A stretch of 64,000 bases of DNA, taken from NCBI RefSeq assembly GCF_006345805.1, contig NC_043011.1, forward strand, positions 28,842,464 through 28,906,463, given 5' to 3'. The DNA is from Octopus sinensis. Taxonomy: Eukaryota. Each line of letters begins with the position of its first letter. Position 1 is the stretch's first letter. The position numbers and the translations under genes are program-made. Below, in pieces: positions 50,600 through 64,000 of this stretch. A model generated the notes under the pieces. The model was not told the origin of the DNA. It searched no databases and saw only the letters and a program-made list of their open reading frames with translations.

Positions 50600-50965
50600 G
50601 AGAGAAAGAGAGAGAGTAAGAGAGAAGACCAAAGTGTACGTATGCCGCTATATATATATATATATATAGATATATATATATATATATTGTAAGAGCAACT
50701 GTTTTATCGAAAGCGTATATTGTTGTTAAATGCTTAAAATACGAGACTAGAAAAACAGCCAACAACTGATGAAGGGTCGTTCTTTATGTTGCTTGTTTTG
50801 TTTTCCATTTGTGTCGTTGGTTGTTCCAAAGAATAGTTCATGTTCCGTGTATTCGTGCTTCATATTTTTCGTTGTACATGTTTCGTGACATCCTGTGCCC
50901 ACATATGCATATATATATATATATATATAGATGTAAGTATGTACATATACATATGTATATATGCA

Positions 50966-51023
<58 letters not shown>

Positions 51024-51925
51024 TTTATGTATATATATATATATATGCCATGATTGAGAAGACCCATCAAGCCAAGTGAAATCATAGTCTTGGCAGATAC
51101 TGGTGTCACACAACTGGCACCTCTACTGGTGGCACGTAAAAGCACTCATTACACTCTAAGAGTGGTTGGCATTAGGAAGGGCATCCAGCTGTAGAAACCA
51201 TGCCAAATCAAACTGGAGTCTGGTGTAGCCCCTCAACTTACCAGCCCTGATCAAACCATCCAACCGATGCCAGTGAACACTAAATGGACACAAAATGATG
51301 ATGATGATGATAATGATGATGCTATGTACTTAGAAAGCACAAAAACTAGCAAATTGGTTCTGAAATTATTTAATTTACATTATTTTACATGTATTTCAGT
51401 GAAGATAGAAAAACCACCTTATGTAATCCAGGCCAGGTATATTTTATAGAGTATTCTAAGTAAATGGTAAAATGTCACGTAATATAAATTGCATGATACA
51501 TACAAGTATATTGTATTTAAATTTATGAATATATTTAAGCTTATTTCAGGCTATATTGTGTATAAAATATATACTGTTCATATAATGATGAACCATCTGA
51601 AGCACAAATATGCAAATTAAGTTATCTGCCACTATGGTAGCTTAGTTGCTCACTGTTATCTATAACAGCTGACACTTGGTATGCTATCAATTGAGGAAGG
51701 AAATTAGGGATGTCTTCTCAGAAGAGTAATCAATAAATCATGAAATCGTTCATCAGAATGCTCTCCACTCATTTTTCTTGCTCATTGAAAGTGTAGAAGA
51801 AATATGTTCACATTCTTGTTTAGTTGTTTTTTTATCCCAACAAGAGTGAATGACCTTCTAATATTTAAACATATTTCAGTACATTCAATTCAAGCTGTGT
51901 TTTGAATCACACACACACACACGCA

Positions 51926-52021
<96 letters not shown>

Positions 52022-52169
52022 ATACATATATATATTAGGTTGAAGAAAAGGTTTGTGTACCATGTTTTGAAGAATTATTGTTGTTGTTATTGAATAAATT
52101 CTTGCATAAAAAATCATTATTTTAACAAGCCACACAAACTTTTTCCTCAACCTAGTATGTATAAATATA

Positions 52170-52205
<36 letters not shown>

Positions 52206-52276
52206 TGTATGTATGTATGTATGTATGTATGCATATATATATATAAATATATATATATGTATGCATGTCTGTATGT

Positions 52277-52337
<61 letters not shown>

Positions 52338-52404
52338 TTATAATATATATTCTTCATTTAGGGATAGCAGTAAACATAATAGCACAGGGCTAAGTTAATT
52401 TGTT

Positions 52405-52912
52405 TTGGTATCTAAAGACAAAAATAACAATATAAGGTTTTAAGTTAGATGGTTCATCCTGTCCATCTCTTTCCCTTATGACAAGGGCAAAGGATTTTGT
52501 AACATTTGCAACTCTGAACTCTTCCATATTCACTTCTCTAAGAATCACCTTGTTAACACACTTCTAGAGTAATCTTACAAATGTAAGCACTGGCAGAAGC
52601 ATACCTTTAGCTCATATAAGTGATTTATACCAGTCTGTATAGTTTGAACATTTAATTCACCTTGCACTTTACTTCAATAGAGAAATCTACTTCTAAGCCT
52701 TTGAACATTTTTTTCAACCAACATATCCCTCTTTATTTGTTCTCTACTTATTATTTCTTTATTCCTTCTCTTCCTATGGTCTGCCTTTGACGTCAGATCT
52801 ACTAACGTTTTTTTTTTTAAATACATAATAGCATTCGGTTTATCATTTATGCAGTCATCAAAATTATAATGTCTTGTTGTTGCGATAGGTTCTCAACAAC
52901 AAGACATTATAA
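52405..52912 (+). mobile_element. Second Penelope-like relic (same family as 44.7 kb), ending in a snap-back hairpin
   Basis: FPYDKGKGFCNICNSELFHI...LVNTLLE*SYKCKHWQKHTFSSYK*; perfect 19-bp inverted repeat at 52864-82 / 52894-912. Confidence 0.85.
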
Positions 52913-53365
52913 CATTATTTTACACTGTTTATTCCTTTGGAATGTTTCTAACATCCCTTTTTTATCATACTTAGGGCACCTACAATAACAGGAACAACTC
53001 TTATTTTAAGATGCTACATTTTTTGTATTTCAATTTCCAGGTCTTATATTGCCTTAGTTTTTTAAATTCTTTGATAGATATATTTTTATCTGTGGGAATT
53101 ATTATGAATTTGGTGAGTTGGCAGCATCACTAGAATACTGAATAAAATTCTTTGAAACATCTTTACATTCTGAGTTTTAAATCTACCAAAGTTGATTTTG
53201 CCTTTCATCATTTTAGTACAAGTTATGCACTGGGGTCAATATAATTGACTAGCCCCTCCCACCAAAACTTCAGTCCTTGTGCCTATAGTAGAAAGAATTA
53301 TTATTATTATGGTTGTTGATGTTGCTGTTGTTATCCTGATTATGATTATTTTTTTTATTATTCAG

Positions 53366-53700
53366 GTTGGGACATTGAAAACGGCTGCTCGGATGGACTA
53401 CAGCCATCAATGTTAATTTCCTTGACTTGCCCGAAGTTATGTGCCCGTCACTTCCAAGGCCAGCATCACTACCTGGGAGGTCGGTACATACCACGTACCC
53501 TGGAACTCCGATACGAGCTAAACCTACCCCAGTATGCCGGCATTGATTGTACAGTGGAGCTGAAGACACAGCATCAGTCAACTACCCACAATACTAGCGC
53601 AACCACTACCACTACTACTACTTCTTCTTCAACTACTACCACCACTACTACTAATACTACTAATACTAATACCAATACTACAGCTTCCTCAGCCTCATAG
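53366..53700 (+). CDS. NAXE: NAXE/YJEFN3-like gene, terminal coding exon with low-complexity tail
   Basis: Acceptor ttattcAG, phase 1. Encodes (G)[66 protein letters not shown] plus a 44-aa T/S/N-rich tail, ending at TAG 53698-53700. The four exons splice in frame to 271 aa. Confidence 0.96.
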
Positions 53701-54341
53701 AAGCGCGTCCATCCTTTTATTTTCTATTTATATATCTGTTTATCTATTTTCTTTTCTCTTACTCTTCTTTCTTTCTATGTATCTATCTCTGCATCTTTGT
53801 TCATCTGTCTCTCTCTCTCTCTCTTTCGCCTCTTTCTTCTCACTCTATATCTGCATATTTAACTATCTATCTCTCCCCCCCCCTCTCTCTCTCTCTCTCT
53901 TTCTCTATCAATATTTATTGATATTTTAAATCTTATCTACTAAAATTTTAAAAAAAACATGAAAATATAACACTAATAATAATGATGATGACGATGATGA
54001 TGATAATGATGATGATCATGGGGATGAACTTGGGTGATGGGGGGATGATTGGTTACCTAAATTATAATGGTAATAGTGTTTATATCAAGAACATCAAGAT
54101 GATGATGATGATGAGAATGATAATGGGAATGAGCATGATGATAATTATGATGATGATGATGATGATGATGATAACAGCAGTGGCAGCAATGGTGCAGATA
54201 GTGGTGAGGAAGTGGGTGCTCCTGCATGGTCACGGTCAAATGACTGAAAGAAGTAAAAGAATAAAAGAATATATGTGTAAACACTTAAGTTTACAGGTGA
54301 GTGTATCTGGTATAATAATAATAATAATAACAATGATGATG

Positions 54342-54392
<51 letters not shown>

Positions 54393-54883
54393 GTAAATAA
54401 CAAATGCCACCACCACCAGCATTGATACCACTACCACTAGTACCACCACCACCACAACCACCACCTCCATCACCATGATAACCATCATCAACATCATGAT
54501 CCTAATCATCATCATTCTCATCATTGTTGTGATTATTGTTGTTGTTCTTGAATGTGTGTAGCTGGAGTATACACAGTAAGGGCCTCACACTACCCAGTGA
54601 TGCCTGTGGACACAGTTTCAATTCCCAGCTGAAGAAAGCTATCCACAACAGATTATATTGTTAATAACCCCCTTGGAAAAGACATAAACAATTCACCCAC
54701 TATGTTCATGACATAGTAATCTACAAAGCCTCATGTCTGTCTATGTAAGTTACATTATTATTGTTTTGATTAACTATAGATTTTTCTCTTTGATAGATAG
54801 ATAGAAATAGATGTAGTTATATATATATATATATGTATACAAATATATATATATATATAAGTATACAAATATATATAAATATA

Positions 54884-54915
<32 letters not shown>

Positions 54916-55171
54916 CATACATACATATATATGAATATATATATACACATATACGTACATATATTGAATATATATATATATTATTATGTTATAGTATATA
55001 TATAATATATATAATATATATATATATATACACATACATATATATGAATATATATAAAGTATATATTATAATGTATATATATATATATATATAATAGATA
55101 TGGATATTTAATATATATATATAATCTTGTAATATAAATTTTTTGTTGGTACATTCCGTCTTCTCTTTATC

Positions 55172-55227
<56 letters not shown>

Positions 55228-55337
55228 GTATTTATTTATAAGATTAGCAGAATTTTGGGAAGTTATAATGATTCTTTCTCACTCCACAAAATTTCTACCA
55301 ATGTGCCACTCTAAGAACATTAATGGTTTATGTTGAC

Positions 55338-55775
55338 AGATTGGCAGAATTATTAGAGTGTCAGACAAAAAAAATGCTTTGCAGTATCTGTTCTGGTACA
55401 TTACATTCTGGGTTCAAATCCCATCGAAGTCAACTTTATTGTTCAACCCTCCGGAGATAAAATTAAAATCAAGTGCTTGGATTTTATTTCAACTACTTGA
55501 TATATTTGCTAAATTTTTATTAACTACTCCCCCATATATTTTTGACCCTGTTCCTTTGCTAAGAAAAATTACAAAGGACAGTGGTTTAACAGATTCATTA
55601 GAACATCAGACTAAATGCATCGCAGTATTTTTTCTGACTCTTTACATTCTGAGTTCAAATCCCACCAAGGTCAACTTTGCCTTTTGAGCTTTCCAGGCTT
55701 GACTACATGAAGTACATTTCAAGTACTAACCCCATTCCTATAAAAATTTAATTGCCTTGTGCTTAAATTAGAAAC

Positions 55776-55865
<90 letters not shown>

Positions 55866-56075
55866 GGCAGCAAGCTAGCAGAATCGTTAGCACACCAAGC
55901 AAAATGCTTTGTGGTATTTTGTCCATCTTCCCATTCTGAGTTCAAATTCCACTGAGGTTGACTTTGCCTTTCATCCTTTTGGGGTTGATAAATTAAATAC
56001 CAGTGAAATTTCAGGCCTTGTGCCTATAGTAGAAAGGATTGTTATTATAACTACTACTACTACTACTACTACTAC
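55338..56075 (+). mobile_element. Three head-to-tail SINE A copies
   Basis: Three consecutive ...cagaat..ttag...ttctgagttcaaat...caactttgcc units with ATT/ACT spacers. Confidence 0.8.
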
Positions 56076-56575
56076 TACTGGAAGAATTGTTAAAGCAGTG
56101 AGAAAAATATGACTAAATACTTTGTGAAATGTAGTCACAAAACATATTTTCAGTCCAAATCTTGACAAGGTCATTCTCATTTTTCTCTTTTTTTTTATCC
56201 TTCTGGGGTTGATGAAATGAAGTACCCCTAAAGTCAGGTGCTTGGTTGATTTATTCTGCTGTTACTGTCCCCAACAATATTTTGCCTTGTGTCCTTGTTA
56301 GAAATCTTAATAATCATCATCCTCATCATCATCATTGTCGTCGTCATCATCATCATCATCGTTGTTGTCCTCATAAATATAAGGGGATTAATATTCGTTG
56401 TTTTTTTTTTTGTTGTTTTGTTTTCTGCTGACATATTTTAGCTGCAAAGCTTGCCGCTTCATATACAAAGTTGGGGTGTAAGAGGCAGGGTAGTTTGGAA
56501 CCCTTCGTTCTGTTATTCAATGCCACATGTTATTCTTTTATTACACTACAAAGTGTGTTTGTGTATGTATATGTA

Positions 56576-56607
<32 letters not shown>

Positions 56608-56680
56608 CACACATATATAAACATTCATATCGTATATATATACATAGCACACATTCACATAAATATATATATATATATAC

Positions 56681-56720
<40 letters not shown>

Positions 56721-56722
<2 letters not shown>

Positions 56723-56992
56723 ATTCTGTTGTGTCTGGGGAGAGGTATTCTCTTTTAGTGCCTTATAATCTAACACACTCACTGGTAAAATTTCCATTCA
56801 TTTCCTTCAGTTTTCTAAAATTTTCTTTGCATCTTGCAACCATTTCAATGAGAGTCAAGACTATTGAAAAGGTTGCAAGACAATGAAAATTTTAGAAAAA
56901 TAAAGAAAGAAATTAGTGGAAATTTTACCGGTGAGTGTGTTAAATTATAAGGCACTAAAAGAGAATGACTCTCCCCAGACACAACAGAATAT
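56721..56992. mobile_element. Fold-back element, ~128-bp arms, 13-nt loop
   Basis: 56721-56849 is approximately the reverse complement of 56863-56992. Confidence 0.88.
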
Positions 56993-57408
56993 GTTTCAAC
57001 ACATGAACTCACATAAAGAATCTTGCAAACCAAATCCAAAAACGAAATATATATACATATACATATACAAATATGCATTTTTATATATACACATGTATAT
57101 CAATACATATATCTATGTATAAATACAAGTGTGTGTATACAGATCTACACAGAGACACATGCATACACATTTCTGTATTAGTATACATTCATATGTATAT
57201 GTGCTTTGTATATATACATACATATTATATTTTGTGTGTATATATATATATATATATGCATACACACTCAAACACACATATACAAAAATACATGCTTATG
57301 TATGTGTTTTACATTTATACATATATATTATAGATGCTATGTATATGTATGTATATATATATACACACACATTCATTTGTTTGTATATATATATATATGT
57401 ATATGTTC

Positions 57409-57480
<72 letters not shown>

Positions 57481-58475
57481 ACCCATACACACACATATGT
57501 ACCTATGTATGCATATGTATATTGTACAGCCTTGCTGTGGATGTAAAGTTTATATATATAAAGAAGCTAAATAAATGGGCACCCAGAGTCTCCCATTTAC
57601 ATTTGTTGACACCTCACTATATTTACTACTTACTGCCATCCAACTCACACTTGCCATTCTAACATCTCCATACACAAACGTGCTTTGCTTTCTTTGAGAT
57701 TGTTTTATAACCGTAAGCACATGTGCAATTTGTGCGTGCATCCCACACCCATCATATGAGTATTTTGATTACAACTCTGCTTTAGGCACTAATTAGATTT
57801 GCAAGAACTGTTTTGTTAATTTTTGACACTGAGGTGACAACACTTCTGTCACAATCGTTCATGCCATTTGCTTAAGGAAACTTATTCCTAAATTTACTTA
57901 TAGAATCAGTAAATTCAATATTTAAATTATATATTTATTGCTGGCAAACTTATGTTCGGAAGTTTAACCTATGTATCTCAATGACTAACCCAGGATCCAA
58001 GGTTTAACCTGTTATCGATTGAATGGAGGCTGTGTGTTTATACAGTTTTCAAACTGAAGTGTTGGTGTGAACACGAAGAGAATATCACTGAGTGTTCATA
58101 CACTTTTTTTCTTTCTTTTAAGGTGTTTTTTTTTGTTCCCATGGTATTGACACACCAATACTTTGATTAAAACTATTTGCTGCTGTACTATTGATATCCT
58201 TGCTTAACCATCACACACAGAAAAACAGACACACACACACATCAACTCACAAACACAAGACAACCATTCACATGCAGACAGACACATACATACATACATG
58301 CACAGATGTGTGTGTATGTACATATATATATGTATATATACATACATATATGTGTGTGTCTATATATATATACACATACACACACACGTATATATATATA
58401 GAGAGAGACACACACATGCATATGTGTGTGTGTTTGTCTATATATATATACACATATGTATGTGTGTGTATGTGA

Positions 58476-58509
<34 letters not shown>

Positions 58510-58586
58510 CACACACATTTATATACACACACTTGTATGCATGTGTGTGTGGAGATATATATATATATATATATACATATATACAT

Positions 58587-58638
<52 letters not shown>

Positions 58639-58653
58639 ATATATATATATATA

Positions 58654-58685
<32 letters not shown>

Positions 58686-58849
58686 ATACAAACAATATGC
58701 ATATATAAGTATAGGCTTGGGTATATCTACATACTCATGCATACATACATGCATACACATACACACCTATACTTAAACATGCAAAAATCTATATATGTGT
58801 CTTTGCTATGGTTACACATCTTCAATATTAGTTTATTTGAAGGCACTGA

Positions 58850-59060
58850 GCTACCAGAATTGTTGGTACGTTAGTCAAAATGCTTAGTGGCATTTCTTCT
58901 GGCTGTTTATGTTCTGAGTTCAAATCCTGCCAAGGTCAACTTTGCCTTTCATCCTTTCAGGGTCGATAGAATAAGTACCAGTCAAGTACTGGGGTCAATG
59001 TAATTGACTTGCTCCCTACCCCTAAAATACCTAGCCTTGTGGCAAATTTTGGAACACTAT
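58850..59060 (+). mobile_element. SINE family A
   Basis: Match to the family A consensus. Confidence 0.85.
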
Positions 59061-59251
59061 TAGTTTTTTGGGGGTTCTTTTTAAGTTGCTATGCGAGGGG
59101 TAGACTTGTTGTTGTTGTTCTTTTTCTTGTTGTTTATTACTTAATAAATGAAATTTTACTGTTTAAAATACTAAATATCTGAGAAAATATAATTCCAACT
59201 TTGAGCAAAAATAAATAAAATAATATAAAATTATCAACTGGTTTATGAGTA

Positions 59252-59287
<36 letters not shown>

Positions 59288-60378
59288 TTTGTGCGTGAAT
59301 ATATTTGTATACGTGTGTATATGAAATCATATATCTAATCAACCAGATGTCTGTTATATGCCATGGTAGACATCTCTTTAATTAGTTATGCATTTCTAAG
59401 TTTAATAAACACCAATTAAAGAACACTTAATTTATTGTCTGTCTACAAACAAATGTTAACTCTACACAATGTATTGAATACTCGTTTTTATCATTTGTGC
59501 ACACATACATGTGTTTGTGTGTGAGTATATGTACATATATATAAATATATATTTGTGTGTGTGTGTGCTTTATGTTATATATATATATATATATATGTCT
59601 GTTACATGTAATAAGCAATACATTTGTCATATCCATATATCCACCTATTACATATATCTTATTACATGTCACATATGTCTTTTTCTGTTACATGTGTCTA
59701 TCTATTACGTAACATGTTATACATGTCTTTCTGTTATATCTCACATGTGCACACCTGTTGCATGTGTTTATTTTTCATATATCACTTATTACATGTATTT
59801 CTCTGTTACATATTATACATTACATGTGGCTGTCTTTTGCTTGTATTTGTTCCGTCTTTACATTACATAAATATGGCTGTTACATGTTATCTGTTACACA
59901 TATCTGTCTGTCACACGTGATATGCTTCCATGTGTGCGAGTGAAATCAAACAGCTCAAGACAGAAATGAATGAACCAGAAGTGCCTGAGTGGAGATGGTA
60001 TGAGACCAAGCAAGTACTGGCTGATCTCATGTCAGCTCCAAGGAGCCGAAGCCACTGAGTAAATTCAGAAATGACTGAGCGCAAAGACTATACATCTGTG
60101 GGATTAGTGGATATTGGTGAGTGGCTTCAAGCCTGTTAATTGAGCAGTTTTTCTCTTGAAGTCCAATGCATTTGTGTGGATCAGCAACACTGTCACAGAT
60201 GTAGTAGTTCTCTATTGATATTTTTAGCATATATATATATATATATTATATATATATATAAATGTAAAAATTTAGATTCAGATGAATATGGTACTTAAGT
60301 TCAGGCACCAGAATTTAGTACAGTATTATCCATAAAATTTCAACATAAGGTGATTAAAATCAAAATAAGGTGACTAAA

Positions 60379-60691
60379 ATCAAAATAAGCAACAAGGATA
60401 TCCTGAGGTAATGCAGTACGATTGTTTCATGCAACTCCATTTAACTAAACAATGCAATCATTTCATTACATCAATTTAAAATGTAGAGCGATCTTCAGCT
60501 GCAAAAAGACAGAGTTTAATTAAATTGTGTCCTTTTGTTCTAATTTAATTAAATTCCATGTCTTTGTGCAGCTGAAGATTGCTCTACATTTTAAATTGAT
60601 GTAATGAAATGATTGCATTGCTCAATTAAATGGAGTTGCATGAAACAATCGTACTGCATTACCTCTGGATATCCTTGTTGCTTATTTTGAT
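60379..60691. mobile_element. Fold-back element, ~140-bp arms
   Basis: atcaaaataagcaacaaggatatcc... is mirrored by ...ggatatccttgttgcttattttgat. A 20-bp tandem duplication sits just outside the left end. Confidence 0.9.
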
Positions 60692-62066
60692 ACATATATA
60701 AATGTATATTTTCATGAGATACTAATAGTTTCATGTGATGAAAACAACTCAGACAGCATTTCATAACACATATAGTAGCTTCATGCAATCCTCAGAGCCT
60801 AAGATTGTGTGAAGGCACTAGACATGTTATAAAATGCTGTCTGAGGTATTTTCATCACATGAAACTATATATACATATAAATACACACACACACAGAGAA
60901 ATACATATATATGAGCATGCCTGTTTGAAAAGGTTAAACAAAAGTGCTCACAACACTAGAAAAAAACTTCTTCCCAAAAAAGGTTAGTAACATCCTCATA
61001 ATAGATTTCATGACATTTTTTTTAAAATAATTTTTATTTTTAAATCACCTGTATACCTCAAAAAACTATTAATTCTCATAGACTTTCAAATAGGTATAAA
61101 TATATATATATATATACACACACACATACATGTATGCACACATGTGTGTGCATGTGTGTATGTGTATGCTTTGTTGAGGATTATAGTAGTTGTGGCTGAA
61201 GTATTTTTCAGTTCCAAAGATCTGGCTTTGTTATACTGAGGAGGTACATTCACCAAAAGAGATCTTCAATGATGGTGAAAAACTAACTTTTCAAGTTAAA
61301 TATAATTTATATTTAGGGCTAGGGATTTGAAAATGTTTTCATGGTGTGTGCAGTGATCATGTCATTTTTCTGTTGAAGGATACAAAATTGTATAAACCCA
61401 TTGGAGACTGTTTATCAGTGTAGATGTTATTCTTAGCCACAGATCTTTACATCCCGAGCTCAAGCCCTACTTGGGGCAAATTTGTCTTAAACCAATCTAT
61501 AAATAAATAAAATATAAAACAACTAAATGTATCATCCCCACTAAAATGTAAGGACTTAATATAAATTAATAAATTAATAATTTAAATCACAAAACCACAC
61601 AGTAATAGGATTGACTCAGTTGGTAGAAAGTCCAGACTAACTGATTACTCCATTCTGATGCCATATATTTCTCTGAGTTCTAATGATGCCTTGAATTACA
61701 TTGCTTCTTGTCTTTTGTTTTGGTAAAATAAATACCAGCAATATAATGCTTATTAAATTGAGTGTAAAATTGGCTTCTTTATAAAGCTCTTCTAACAACA
61801 TGTCTTGTGGTATTGCTAATATAAACATGTTTTGTGAAAGTGTTAACACTTTTCAGTGCAAATCTGTTGGCCTCTATTTGTAGATAGCCATTATATATAA
61901 TATATATAATCATTGTTTTTACAGAAACAATTTTGCACTTTTCATTTCAATTACAGCACTGGAAAATTGCCAAGTCTAAATATTTTTTCTACCACATTTT
62001 TTTAAATATACATATGTACATACATACACATATACATATATATGTGTATATGTTAATATGTATATG

Positions 62067-62113
<47 letters not shown>

Positions 62114-62366
62114 CACAGTATTATGTATACTTCAGAGAAATAATTTAACAGTATGTCTAATGCGATATCAACTTTTTCAGTTCCTTTCCAATGTTACCTG
62201 CTGCTTCATAAACTATGTAAACTATGTCATCAGTGTGTTGACACTTTCTAGAACAAATCTGTTGGCCACACTTTGTAGATACTCATCTGATATACATACG
62301 TATATAAATATATATGTGTATGTATATGTATATATTATGTGTATGCATATATATATATATATATAT

Positions 62367-62459
<93 letters not shown>

Positions 62460-62616
62460 CACACACATACACACATATATATACATGTACTTTTGCCTCA
62501 TCACTATAGAATTATTCACAACAAATATTTCTGTTTCTTTGATTTGTTACACTGAAGAAGTGACAAGCTGTATTTTCCATCCAGATACATACAGACATGT
62601 ACATATACATACATAT

Positions 62617-62657
<41 letters not shown>

Positions 62658-62816
62658 CCTCTCTGTTCTCATTGACATTACTTGATGTCATCCAGGGACC
62701 TAATGATTGATATACCATTTAAAACCTAGATATTCTGAAACTTAGATAAATAAGTTTCTTTATTAAGACTTGCTCACTTATACACACACACATTATTATT
62801 GTTGTTGTTGTTATTG

Positions 62817-62867
<51 letters not shown>

Positions 62868-62899
62868 GTTATTGTTATTGTTGTTGTTATTATAATCAT

Positions 62900-63670
<771 letters not shown>

Positions 63671-64000
63671 TCATTGCTGTTGTTGTTGTTGTTGTTATTA
63701 TAAAAAACTGAAGCTTCTTAAATCAGATTTTCAATTGTTCAAATAACTGAAATAGCAAAAATATAGAATAATACAAAATATATACACTCTACACTATATA
63801 TTGAATACCTTTTTCCCTGTTTATAAATCCAAATGTTCACCAATCCATATTCATACATATATGTATATGTTAGTATGTAAGTACTTATGTGTTATGTTAG
63901 TTATAATTTACAGAACTTTTATTTTACTAAAGCGAGTGTGACAGCTTCTTCATTTCAAGTCCAAGGCTGGCTTAATTGTACAACTATTGCAGCTTATGAC

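Noticed and set aside
60056-60058. Selenocysteine codon
   Set aside because: No recognisable selenoprotein context and no SECIS identified by eye; insufficient support.
60570-60625. CTGAAGA...GAAA hammerhead in the 60.4-kb palindrome
   Set aside because: The closing pair of stem II is a mismatch, and no stem I/III arrangement fits.

Overview
AT-rich, microsatellite- and transposon-dense animal genomic DNA. The repeat families look coleoid cephalopod, probably Octopus (inference from repeat content, not a database search). One protein-coding gene is well supported. It is a + strand YjeF_N-family gene (NAXE/APOA1BP-YJEFN3 type) with four GT-AG exons at 7721-7829, 40767-40877, 49149-49410 and 53366-53700, separated by introns of about 33, 8.3 and 4 kb. 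Its first exon is not securely located; there is a candidate upstream exon at 854-991. The protein has substitutions in the substrate-binding motifs (GPGNNGGDG to GPDNNGGHG; DAIFGFSF to DAIYGSCH) and a 44-aa Thr/Ser/Asn C-terminal tail built largely from trinucleotide repeats. The rest of the window is repeats: three SINE families, RTE and RLE-type LINE relics, two Penelope-like (PLE) relics, mariner and Tc1 relics, a young non-autonomous Helitron, and hAT and piggyBac MITEs. The most unusual signals are (i) several hammerhead-ribozyme folds read directly from the sequence, namely an extended type I fold in a PLE 3' end at 45490-45588, a tRNA-promoter-linked minimal hammerhead SINE at 6791-7115 and a core variant at 40402-40439; (ii) a series of unrelated 270-330 bp fold-back elements; and (iii) a ~550-bp element that is always embedded in (ATT)n tracts. 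Almost all ORFs in the supplied track are microsatellite artefacts. All alignments and folds were done by eye, so repeat boundaries are approximate.
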